Of a DNA stretch of 64,000 bases, positions 38,290 through 50,925 are shown in pieces (positions within the stretch are counted from its first letter, which is position 1; each line of letters begins with the position of its first letter). The position numbers were made by a program, and so were the translations under genes. The notes beneath the pieces were generated by a model that saw nothing but the letters and a program-made list of their open reading frames with translations, made no database searches and was not told the origin of the DNA. The DNA is taken from positions 14,818,001 to 14,882,000 of the forward strand of contig JBITNC010000002.1 of the NCBI GenBank assembly GCA_050084985.1. Direction: 5' to 3'. Origin of the DNA: Nageia nagi (lineage: Eukaryota > Plantae > Pinophyta).

Positions 38290-41200
38290 TAATATTTCCT
38301 TTTGGCACAACATTTCCCCCAAGGCATATAATGTAGCTGAGATATACAAATACGTAGGTTTTGAAAAGTCCATAGGCACTAGGATAGGATGATTGAGAAA
38401 ATAGCATTTGATATCCTCAAAAGGTTTTTGGCATTTGTCATCCCATACAAATTTAACATCTTTTTTCAATAATTATGTAAAAGGTCTACACTAATATCTA
38501 AGTTGGGAAATGAACCTTCTTATCGAATTAATCTTTCCTTGAAGACTCCTTAATTACTTTAGATTATTTTAGGGAGGCATGCTAATGATGACTTTCACTT
38601 TTTTAGGATCTACTTCAATTCCTCTTTTAGATGCTGTGAAACTAAGTAACTTTCCAGAAGCAACACCAAAAGCACATTTTTGATGTTTTAAGTCTAAGTT
38701 TGTACCTTTTCAAAATTTGAAAGACTTCCTCAAGCATCTCTAAATGGTCTGGACCTTGTTTTGATTTCACCAATATATCATCAACATATACCTCAACTAA
38801 TTTATGGATGTGTTCATGAAACATTGACACCATAGCCCTTTGGTAAGCAACACCAACATTTTTTAGTCCAAAGGGCATAACCTTCCAACAAAAATTTCCC
38901 CATGGAGTGGTAAAAGAAGTCTTATGTTGGTTAGTTAGACTGATTAATATTTGATTATAACTAGAAAAACCATCCATAAAAGATAATGCATCATGACCAG
39001 CTATGATATCCACAATCATATCAATATTGGGCAATTGAAAAACATATCTAGGATAAGCATTATTAATATCTTGAAAGTTAGTGCAAATCCTTATTTTTCC
39101 AATTGACTTTGTGATAGGGATAATGTTGGCCATCCAATTAGAATAATCAATTGGTCTAATAAATCCAGCATTCAAATACTTCTCTATTTCTTTCTTGACT
39201 AACAAAGCTTTTGAAGGATGTATTTTTCTTGGCTTTTGCTTGATTTTCTTAATCCCCTTTTTAATTGGTAAATTATGCATAACAAATGAAGGATCTAAAA
39301 TAGGCATATCATTATAATACCAAGAAAAAAAATTATGATGTTCAATGAATTTATTTTGGTACCTTTCTTGTTGTGGTGTAGGGAGGGATACTCCAATTTG
39401 AACCAATATTTTCTCATCAGTGGTCCCAATATTGACATTCACCAATTCTTTAGCTGGGAAGGTAAGCTCATCTTTGTTTTACAATAGATAAGGTAAACCT
39501 TTAATCCTTGTATATCATTTGTAACCTTATTATCTAACTAAACATTAAACCCATCATTGAAATTCACCTCTTAACCAAAATATGCATATTCATTGAGAAC
39601 ATAACTAACTTGCCTCTTTTCATTAGAACTAGGTAATTCTAAATGTGCCCTCAAGTATTCTAAAATATCATCATCCGTATTAAAGCAATCAAATTCTAAA
39701 GGTATAGTATCATCATTCCATAGCTCCCTATCAATATCATCAGATAATTCAATCAAATCGCATTTCTTAACAAACTTAATAAGCCCCAATGCTTATTTAG
39801 TATTTATATCACTACCCAATCTATTTTTAGTCAATTACACTTTTGAATTATAAGGAAATGAAGGCATCCCTTAATCAGACTTTCTTAATCCTCCCCCTTT
39901 GTACTTATAATTTTCAATCATATATTTATGAAAAAAAGGAGATGGAAAGAGTTTACCTATTTTAGTAGTCATTCAAACTTTCATTGATTTGTAAGGATTG
40001 GGTGATAGATACGTGCTAGAGCAAGATCCTTCCCCATCTCTACTATTTTCACATTATTGACAGTATTATGGTAGGAATGCAGGCTGCTAAAGGACCTCCA
40101 TAGATAAAAAATTTGGTTGTCCAAATCTTTAACGAATGTAAATAAGTCCACATTCCCAATTTTGTATGTACCCATTTTAGTTTTTGTAATCTAATTTTAT
40201 TTTTCTATATTTTTTCTTGGTGCACTTTGTTCCAAGGGATCAATCTCATATCTTGGATAAGTCATTGTAAACTCCTCAAAATCTATTGCATTATAGAAAG
40301 CATAAGGCCCTGGATCACCAAGCATTGTATGGACCTCATCCTAAAATTTAAAATTTAATTTTCCATGTACTATATATGGGATTGCATCCATGTCATGAAG
40401 CCAAGGTCTTCCCTATAACAAATTATATGACAACTTAGAATCAACAACCTAAAATTTAGCTATAATTATCCTTACTCCTGTTGTTACCATAATTGTGGCT
40501 ATCCCAACCATTTTTTAGAGGAGCTATCATATGCCCTAATCATGAATGTAGCTTCTTATAATGGAGAGATTTTTATACCTTTTTCTTTGAGTTGAATCAA
40601 AAACTTATGGGAGCATACGTTGATAGCTGATCCATTATCTACCAATGTTCTTTTTATTTTTCATCCATCAATCATAGGTGTAATATATGAGGCTAAACAC
40701 TCATCAAGCAACTCCTTATTAAGCTTTTCATATTTGTAAAAAGAGATAGTATCACATTCCTTAATAGCTCTAAGCTTTTCATATAACATAACAATAGACA
40801 TATTTGTAGGGACTACCTCCTTTTTGAACAAAGCATATAAGATCTCCCTATGTATTTCAGATGTGGATATAAGATTATATAAACTAATCTTAGTAGGAGT
40901 TATTTTTAATTACTCAATCATATTATATATCTTTGGATCATGTGGGATACTTATTCTATAGTGGCTAAATTAGGAGTATGCCTTGGATGTCCTCTTCTTA
41001 ACCCAACACAAACTTCTTTATCCACAGAAATTGTATTCCCCATATTTCCCTGAGTTGCATCTATTTGATCAATTTGATACTTTCCTCCAAAAATAAGATC
41101 CAATATATAATGTTTTGCAAAACTTTGTAGCATGACCCTTCCTTTGATGAAATGTGCAATAAGCATCTGATTTTCCCATAGGAACATTATCATCTTGAGC

Positions 41201-42896
41201 TAATTTTTCCAATGGCTACAATAATCCCTTTTTATTAGATCCCTCATAATAAATCTTGGTTGAATTGGAAAAGTCTACCTCATATCTTTTATAGTGGTAG
41301 ATCTTTGCAACTTGGGTGGAGAAGCAAGTCTATCAGCCATATGTACTATTTTTTCTTCCTTTTTAGCATATACCCTTTTATTCTCTTTATGTAAAGGATT
41401 AGGTGCATACTTGAGCTCCCCTAACTCAAGTAAGACTTTTTCTTTTTTGCAATCGTTCTTGTATTAATGCTCCAAATCCAATATTTTTATTACTAGGAGC
41501 ATGCAAATTGATAATTGGCACGATAGAATCTTTAAATATAGTACAAATTTCATTTTTATCTAATTTGCTTAGAATGGATTTCCATACCTTTTTAAACCAT
41601 GGAATGTACTTTTCTATGGTTCCATTACCCCCTTATCTCCTTGTACATAACTTTGTAACGGTACTTTGCTCTTTGATATTGTGTTTGTATTATCTCATGA
41701 ATATTTTGACCAATGACTTGAAAAAATCAATTGAACCTCTAGGAAAATCATAAAACCACTGACTAGTGTCACCTTTTAGACTCTTTGGAAAGAACTTTGC
41801 CATCAACTCCTCCTTTGATCCTAATTTCAACAAGCACTCCTCCCGAAAGCTAATAAGATGTTGTTTTGGGTCTTGTTCACCACTAAACATCTCAAACTTT
41901 GGGGCCTTATGCTCGAGTGGTAGGGGAAAATTACATATCTCCTTAGATAAGGGTGAAATGAATACACCATCACAGTCCTCTTCACTTTGTTATGGTTTTA
42001 TACTATTCTCAAGATTGGTAAGTTATGCAACTATGATAGGATATGGCATCATCGATGAGCTACCCATACTATTGAATATCTGCATTTTCTTTTCCATATT
42101 ATCTATTATTCTAATAACTTCATGCATAAATTATTCCATTTTTACACTACTAACAGTGCAAAAATAGCTAAAAATACCATTGATAATGTAGATCCATTAT
42201 AGAATTCTCACAAGATCTCACTGGGAGGCTAAGATAAATTGAACAATTGGGTTCACCAAAATCAAGACCTCAAATAATGCATAAATGGTAAATCAAAGTA
42301 CTATTTGTCTACAATATGTTATTGAAGCATATATGAGAAATATGGCATCAAATGAATAATGATAAATAATGTACCTTCATTGTAGTCACATAAATATGAA
42401 ATAATGGAGACCATTCATCAACCATCACATGGTATTCATAAAGATGCACATTTCCAATAGCCTAAAGATACCACATCATTGGTTGCATGGAATAAATAGA
42501 TCAATGAATGGAATAAAAGATATATGAAAGTGACATGAAGGGTTTAACATATCTTTGCAGAGGTAGTGTTACAAAATATTGTTATTGGTAGGATAGAACA
42601 ATCTTGCCTTTGCTAAAGTCTCTCTTAGAATTTCTTATGCCTTTGCATGATGTCTCTTATGTTGCCTTTAATGTGTCTTTATAGCAACATCTTGGTCTTA
42701 TATGATTCTTGAGATCAATACAAATTACATAGTTTAAGGTGTCTTTCTTGATATTTGACACCTTTTACATTGTACAATGGTCCATTACATTTATTACATT
42801 ACCTTGGGTGTATTTTAACCCTTTTTTACAATAAATATAATTGATGCTATAAAATAAATTATTTAATAAGTAATAATTCAATTTTAAGTGTCTACA
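38290..42896 (-). mobile_element. 3'-truncated Ty3/gypsy element (non-chromovirus Athila/Tat-like): LTR start, gag, protease, RT, start of RNase H
   Basis: Minus-strand TGTAGACACTTAAAATTG start at 42896; gag (FSGEQDPKQHLISF...FPKSLKGDTSQWF), protease (LVDNGSAINV), RT (FMDGFSSYNQI, VMPFGLKN, YVDDIL) and FVWDDKCQKPFEDIK. It breaks off at a TA-rich tract. Confidence 0.85.
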
Positions 42897-43197
42897 ATAA
42901 GACAACCAAGATTGAGGAGCTATTGCCTAACTTTGATCATACAAGAATTTCATCATCTACCTAAGATGGGGTTTGAAGTTTTCAACATAGAATAATGATG
43001 ACCAAGAACATTTGATAGATCCTACTTCATAATGGATGCAATTATGACATTTGATAGTGCTTTGTTAGACTTTGAATGCAATCCTCACTCTTGAGAGTTA
43101 GAGGCATTTATCTCTACCCAATCATGATCAAAATCAAGCATGTGTCTCTACCCATTTATTTTTTAAAGTAAATTGTATTATACTTTTAATTTTTTCA

Positions 43198-43233
<36 letters not shown>

Positions 43234-43370
43234 TTAAGTAGTCAACTCGTAGCTATACTACGACACAATATAATAGCCAATGTGATTCAAACCTAGTTTA
43301 AGGAGACAACATGATGGTTAAATGCTTTGACTTATTTTTGTGAGGCCCTTATATATATATATATATATAT

Positions 43371-43590
43371 AAGGAGACAACATGATGGTTAAATGCTTTG
43401 ACTTATTTTTGTGAGGTCCTAGGTTTGAATCACATTGGCTATTATATTGTGTCGTAGTATAGCTACGAGTTGACTATGATTTGGCTATAGTCATGCTACT
43501 ATCCACAATAGTTAAGTGGATAGTGAAGACTTTAAAAAAGATTTACCCCTACTAACAATTGTAAGAGGGTTCCTAAAATAATTTTCCTCA
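43371..43590 (+). mobile_element. tRNA-derived SINE-like repeat between (TA)n tracts (other copies at 38040-38260 and 43300-43346)
   Basis: A-box-like TGATGGTTAAA and B-box-like GGTTTGAATC (decayed GGTTCGAATC) at tRNA-like spacing at the 5' end; multiple local copies. Confidence 0.5.
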
Positions 43591-44059
43591 TATATATATA
43601 TAATTGTCATGAGAGGGTTTTTAGAATAGTTTGTCTCATGATCATCATCATCATTTACCCCTACTGATGATCGTGAGAGGGTTTCTAGAATAGTTTACCA
43701 CATGATCTAAGAACCCTCTCACGATCGTTATTAAAAGTAAATGATGATGAGACAATCGTTATTAAAAGTAAATGATGATGAGACAGTTTATCTTATAATC
43801 ATCATATTTATATAACGATTATGAAAGAGTTCTTAAAACAATTTACTTCATGATCATCATCATCTCTCATTCATATATATATAATTCACGTAATAAACAA
43901 GTATCATCTAACTTTTCAATAATTTCTCATTTCACAATCTGCATTGAGTTAGTTTTCACAATTTATATTGAACTCCACGGGACAGGTCGAGTTTCCAGCT
44001 CAAGGTAGGCACCCTCTATGAGCTGCAATTCTTTGAGTTTAATGCCTTCACTTTTGAAC

Positions 44060-45156
44060 CTATTCACACGTAGAGTACCCCACAAGAGTTTGGTCACGGC
44101 ACCGCCATCCACGGCCGTTACTCCTCTTGCACTGAGAAACTCCATAATCTTGGTTGTCCTCATCTCTTGACATCGTTTGCTGCAATGTCTCCCTCTTGCT
44201 GGCATCATTTCCTGATGTTCTACTTCCATCTTCCGCTTGTCTAATCACTTCGCACTTGCTCCTCCCAAGGTTTGTGTATCTTTTTCGCTTCAATGTAGGC
44301 ACATTTAAATCCCGTTCAAGTCCCATCGAAATGAAAGATCTTTCCAAGCGACCAAAGTTTAGGCAATCCCATTTCATATCGCAGCCTCCAATACCTGACA
44401 AGTCTTCTACTTGAATTCCAATACAACCAATGCCCAATTCATGTCATAAATGAACCAATAGCCAGAAATATATACAAACTTTAATAAATACCTTCTTTTC
44501 TAAGCACCTGGACTTCATTCTCTCCGTTGCTGCCACAAAGAACTCCATGGTGAGGTGTAAGGTTGTCTTATAATTTAACTATGACTAAGAATAGCAACAA
44601 AACACCATGACACCAGCTCGAATCTATTGGCCGTTAACATTAATGTATATAGATATTATAATTTCGTTATACTTTGATTGACTGGCTCATACATTATAGA
44701 AAATGTTGGATGAATGAACACACGATGTAGAGTCCAATCATACCTTATAATTTTGTTCTTATTGCTTATGGGTTTTTCCCACAATGCCTGCACATCAGCA
44801 ACAAAATGCAATCCGTATTACTACAACGAAAATGACGAAAACATTTCTATTAGCCTTCAGAACCAAATGTCTTACTAATAAGTAATATCCCTCTTCCACG
44901 AATCCAATATTTATTTACCATGAACCCAGTTACAAGATCCAAAGTTTACCTCTATTTCATCACTAGAGCGAAGCAATGCTAGCCTCCAATTGCGCTTAGG
45001 GAGCGTGTGAGTGCTTGCAGTATGAGCAGATGTTTGTGGTAGTTGAAGTGTGGCATCTTCGAACTCCCTTTCCTCACTGCCATGGGGATCGGAAGAGTCT
45101 TTCCTATCTGTTAAGGTGGACAATAAATCGGCAAGGGAACGCTTCCGGACCCTCAT
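44060..45156 (-). pseudogene. WRC-domain protein gene (MRIRKR-type, non-GRF), apparently damaged
   Basis: Exon 1 begins MRVRKR at 45156 with a GT donor after 44950. The last exon encodes CKRSNGRGWRCRDQTLVGYSTCE followed by TAG where the final His ligand is expected. Middle exons (~44787-44744, ~44584-44492) could not be joined without a stop. Confidence 0.6.
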
Positions 45157-45790
45157 TTTTCCTCCATTTTCTTCATCCGATTTCCTTGGCTTCACCCAGA
45201 AATTAAAAAGAAAAGCGAATTCATCAACACTCTGATTGATCCCTTTCCTTTCTCTTCACACGAGGAAATCCCGCATGCGGACAAGAGCACCGTGTGGCTA
45301 AAAAGGCCTACGTGCGATTTAATCCTGCTAAATGGCGCTGCCTGTAAGCGTAGGATTTCTGAACACAGATCCCCGAGCATGAAAACCGGTTATCCAGAAA
45401 AAGATAAGGGTACGGATTTCTCTTCTCGAATTTTGGGGTATTGACAGATGAGCTTGAAAATGTCAATACACGTAACACGCAGGAAATTTGAATTCAAATA
45501 ATAGATATTGGCTTCATGTCATAATTATTTAATAAGAACAAGCAATTGTTTATAAGGCTTTGAAGGTAGTGTTGCAGTTTGATAGAAAGATTTGCATAAT
45601 GATAGATTATTTATTTTTTATTTTCGGTAGAAAGATTTTTAATTTTTTCACTTTACTTATGTCATAGTTAACATGTATTGAAAATGCATTGAAAAAAGTT
45701 TCATCTTGATTCATTGTCAATGTGTATTAGATCGAATCATCACACAATATAATCCTTAATATTTAGTGCAACAGATCTAGTAGATCTATT

Positions 45791-48700
45791 TGTTGACTGA
45801 CCTTGCACGATTTTGACCTAGTGCATTTCTCACCTACGTGACTCTGACTTGCGCGCGATTCTGACCAACGCGTTTCTCACCTACGCGATTCCATCTTGCA
45901 CGATTCTAACTTACGCATTTGTCACCTACGCGTTTCTGACCTTAAAACGTGACCGTGTTTCATGGGAGGCTAGGCATTTTGGCAGTACGCCCAGAATAGT
46001 CCAGTTTGTACTTATTTTAGCTCTATAGCTTAGTTTGGCGATCTATTCTGATCTATTCCAGTTCGTAGGAGTTTTGTTTGACTGTCTAGAATAGGTTTAA
46101 ACTACATTTAGAGCATATTTGATGGTTTTGGATATGAGTATAATAAATGTTGAGCCTATCTACTCAACTATCATTTGTCTATATTGAGCTCAGTCCAAGC
46201 TCTATAAAAGCTTTGTAAATTCATGAATCAAATAGAGTGTGATTATTCTCACATTGTGGTATCAGAGCCTCTTGGTCTTTTGGGTTAGAAGAGATTACAT
46301 TGCAAGCATTCTTGCAAGTGTATAGTCCAGTCCTGTCATTTTTTGAAAAATGGCCAACAACAACAATTCACTCCCATTACCAGAATTCCATGGAGATGAC
46401 TATGAGTACTGGTCTATCAAGATGAAGACCTTGCTCATAGGAAAAGGATTATGGGACATTGTTGAGGATGGATACACTGATCCAACCGACTGGTCTACTT
46501 TGGGAGATCAAACCAAGAAAGACATGAAGCAAAATCAAAGGAATAATTCCTTTGCTCTCTACCATCTTCAAGCTTCAATGGGGAATGCAATTTTCCCTAG
46601 GATTGCATCATGCACATCAGCAAAGAGTGCTTGGGAAGCACTGAAGCAAGGTTTCCAAGGGAGTGCTCAAATCAAGCAAGTGAGACTCCAAACCTTGAAG
46701 AGGGATTTTGAAAACATCAAAATGAGGGATGATGAGTTTGTTGGTGACTATTGTGTGAGGGTTAAATCTTGTGTTGACAAGATGAAAACCCTTGGAGAAA
46801 CAATCACCAATGAAGTAGTGGTGAAGAAGGTGCTTAGATCACTTCTCCCCAAGTGGAACCATGTAGCAATTATCATAGAGGAAAGCAAAGACTTGGCTGC
46901 TCTTCCCTATGATACTCTCATTGGTTCCTTGATGAGTCATGAAGAGAGGCTCAAAGACCTCACTCCTTCAGCTGATCAAGCTGATGACAAAGCCTTTGCA
47001 AGCAAGGAAGGTGAATCCAATTCTTCAAGAGGAGGAAGAAGAGAAAGAGGGAAAGCCAAAAGAGGGAGATTCCAAGGAAGAGGAAGAGGTAGAGGAAGGA
47101 CAAGTGGTGACAAGAGTGACAAACAATGTTACTACTGTAACAAGTTTGGTCATTTTGAGAGTGAGTGTAGATTGAAAGCCTCACAAGAAGGAAATAGTGG
47201 AGGTGCCCACTATGGAGAGGAAGAGAATTCCTCTCACTTGTTCATGTCCATGGAAAAGTAAGATGAAAAGGTAAAAGAAGAGACTTGGTTGCTAGATACG
47301 GGAGCATCAAACCATATGACCGGCAAGGGGGAGTTATTTTCTTCTTTAAACAACTCATACAAGTCTAAGATCAAACTTGGATATGAAAATCCATTGCAAG
47401 TTGAAGGCATGGGAGCCATGGAGGTAAGCACCATTGAAGGTCCCAAGAAGGTAAAAGACATCTACTATACTCCAAATTTAAAACACAATTTGTTGAGTGT
47501 AGGCCAAATAATGGAGAGAAATTATAAGCATGTATTTGAGAATGCAAAATGTAAGATTTATGATAAAAATCATGGTAATAGGCTAGTCACTTCAATCCCT
47601 ATGACCAAAAATCGCTTATTTCCTCTCCAATTTGGTAAAAATAATGGTGCTTCACTTGCAAATGTAGCCATTGACAACAAGAGTTGGCTTTGGCATCTAA
47701 GATATGGTCATCTAAATTTTGTAAATTTGAGATTACTAACATCTCAAACTATGGTCTATGGGCTGCCCAAAGTTGAAGATAATAAAAATGAAGTGTGCCA
47801 AGGATGTGCTTTTGGAAAGCACTCAAGAAGCAAATTCCCAAGAGGAGAAGCATGGAGGGCCTCTAAACCCCTACAATTGGTGCATAGTGATCTTTGTTGA
47901 CCTATGCAAACTCTAAATATGGGTAAAAATTCTTACTTACTCACTTTTATTGATGATTTCTCTAGATATTGTTGGATATATTTCTTAAAATCAAAAGATG
48001 AAGTCTTCAAGTACTTTCAAGATTTTAAGAACCATGTAGAAAATCAAAGTGAATGTAAAGTAAAATGCCTAAGAAGTGATAATGGAGGAGACTATTGCTC
48101 TAATGAATTCTTGAAGTTTTGCAAGGATTGTGGAATAAAAAGGCAATTCACATCACCTTATACTCCACAACAAAATGGTGTTTCCGAAAGGAAAAATTGC
48201 ACTATTGTAGAAATGGCAAGGTGCATGCTACAAACAAAAGAATTGAGCAATCAATATTGGGCTGAAGCATCAAGAACAGTAGTGTATATTCTCAATAGGA
48301 GTCCAACCTCAAGCTTGGAAGGTGTCACTCCTTATGAAGCATGGTTTTTGAAAAAACCCAATGTAAGGCATTTTAGAATTTTTGGATGTTTAGCTTATGT
48401 ACATGTACCAAATGCGCTTAGAAAAAAACTTGATGCAAAAAGTGAGTCATGTATTTTCATAGGCTATAGTGAGTCTTCAAAGGCTTATAAATTGTATAAT
48501 CCAAAAACTAGAAAGATTATTGTCTCAAGAGATGTAATTTTTGATGAAGGGGGAGCATGGAGTCATAAAAAACTCTATGTAAATAATCCTCCTCAAGATG
48601 TAAATGCCTCTAATATGCAGCCAAATTAGTCCAATATCAGCCCTCCTCCAAGTCCTCCAAAGGATTCAAGCACTTCTTCAAGCACACCATCTCCAATGGA

Positions 48701-50925
48701 TGAAGACTCTCCAAATCTTGTGAGCAAAGGAAAAAGAATTCTTGCCAATCATCCACCACAACAAATGTTAGACAAAAATTTCTCAAGAAGATACACTAGA
48801 AGTCAAGCAAATGAACTTCAAGATGTTGTTAGAAGACTTGAGAATTTAAAAATGTATGGTGATGAAGATGATCAAGCCCCTAAAGGTGATGTGATCAATT
48901 ATGCTTTGATAACTAGTGTAGAGGTTGAACCTTCTAGTTATGAACAAGCATGTACTAATGATGCTTGGGTGAAGGCCATAGAAGATGAAATCTCTTCCAT
49001 AAAAGGGAATGATACTTGGGAGCTTGTGGAGCCTCCCAAAGGCAAGAAAATTGTTGGTTGTAAATGGGTCTACAAAACCAAATACAATAGCAATGGCACC
49101 ATAGAGAGGCACAAAGCAAGGCTTGTGGCCAAAGGCTTTCTCCAACGATATGGCATTGATTATGAAGAGACCTTTGCACCAGTAGCAAGGCAAGAAACCA
49201 TTAGATTGGTTCTTTCACTAGCTGCCCAAAAAGGTTGGAAAGTAATGCACATGGATGTAAAAAGTGCATTCTTGAATGGGTATTTGGATGAAGAGGTTTT
49301 TGTTGAACAACCTCAAGGCTTTGTAATCCAAGGAAAGGAACATTTTGTATATAAGTTAAAGAAGGCCTTGTATGGCCTCAAACAAGCTCCAAGAGCTTGG
49401 TACTCAAGGATTGATGCGTTCTTCCATCAATATGGATTCATTAGGAGCAAAAGTGAACCTACTCTCTACACCATGAAGCAAGGTAATGATCTCCTACTTG
49501 TTTGCTTGTATGTTGATGATCTTATCTTTATGGGGAGTAACTTCAGCATGAATGATAACTTTAAGAGTTCCATGATGAAAGAATTTGAAATGAAGGACCT
49601 TGGACTCATGCAATACTTCCTAGGCATGGAAGTACTCCAAAAAGATGATGAAATCTTTATTTGCCAATCCAAATATGCCCAAGACATGTTGAAAAAATTT
49701 GGTATGATTGATTGCAAATTAGTACCAACACCAATGGCTCATGGAGAGCTACTTTACAGAGATGATGGCACACCAAAGGCTGATGGGACCAATTTCAGAA
49801 GCATTGTGGGAAGCTTGATGTTTCTCACCAACATAAGACCGGATATTGCACATGTAGTCTCACTTGTTTCAAGGTTCATGAGTGATCCTTCAGAAGCTCA
49901 TTTAAAAGCCACCAAGAGAATTCTTAGATATGTAAAAGGTACTACCAAATTTGAAATCCATTACTCAAAAATGGATATTATAAAGCTTGAAGGGTTTAGT
50001 GATAGTGATTGGGGTAGTAACATTGATGATAGGAAGTCTACATCAAGGAATTATTTCACTCTTGGGTCTGGTTTTGTAACATGGAGCTCTAAAAAACAAA
50101 CTACAGTGGCTTTATCCTCTACTGAAGCTGAATACATAGCACTCACAAGTGCTAGTACTCAAGCCTTGTGGCTTAGAAACGTTCTAAAAAAACTTGGAGA
50201 AAAGCAAATTGGTCCTACTACATTGTATTGTGATAACCAAAGTGCCATTCAATTGGCACTTAATCCAGTCCACCATAGTAGATCCAAGCACTTTGACATG
50301 AAGTACCACTTCATCAGAGATATGGTGGAGAAAGGAGTAATTGAGCTCAATTATTGCAACACTTTGGACAACATTGCTAATTCTTTCACCAAAGGAGTTG
50401 CTAAAGCTCAGTTTATGCTGCTGAGGAGCTTTCTAGTAAGTCCCCTCAGCATTAAGGGGGAGAATGTTGACTGACCTTGCATGATTTTGACCTGGCGCAT
50501 TTCTCACCTATGCGACTCTGACTTGCGCACGATTCTGACCAATGCGTTTCTCACCTACGCAATTCCATCTTGCATGTTTCCCTTGCATGATTCTAACCTA
50601 TGCATTTCTGACCTTAAAACGTGATCGCATTTCGTGGGAGACTAGGCATTTTGGCAGTACACCCAGAATAGTCCATTTTGTACTTATTTTAGCTCTATAG
50701 CTTAGTTTGGCGATCTGTTTTGATCTGTTCCAGTTTGTAGGAGTTCTGTTTGACTGTCTAGAATAGGTTTAAACTACATTTAGAGCATATTTGATGGTTT
50801 TGGATATGAGTATAATAAATGTTGAGCCTATCTACTCAACTATCATTTGTCTATATTGAGCTCAGTCCAAGCTCTATAAAAGCTTTGTAAATTCATGAAT
50901 CAAATAGAGTGTGATTATTCTCACA
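45791..50925 (+). mobile_element. Full-length Ty1/copia LTR retrotransposon
   Basis: LTRs 45791-46253 and 50465-50925 (TG...CA), TSD CTATT, PBS TGGTATCAGAGCC (tRNA-iMet) at 46257-46269, and PPT AAGGGGGAGAA at 50454-50464. Confidence 0.97.
46350..50474 (+). pseudogene. copia gag-pol (gag, zinc knuckle, protease, integrase, RT, RNase H) with three in-frame stops
   Basis: Four ORFs in one frame with CYYCNKFGHFESEC, LDTGAS, HLRYGH...C..C, DDFSR...SDNGG...SERKN, YVDDL and DSDWG...TEAEY. Stops at 47259-47261, 47898-47900 and 48627-48629. Confidence 0.95.

Noticed and set aside
47259-47261. Programmed gag stop readthrough in the copia element
   Set aside because: The TAA is one step from CAA, there is no CARYYA readthrough context, and two other in-frame stops show ordinary decay.
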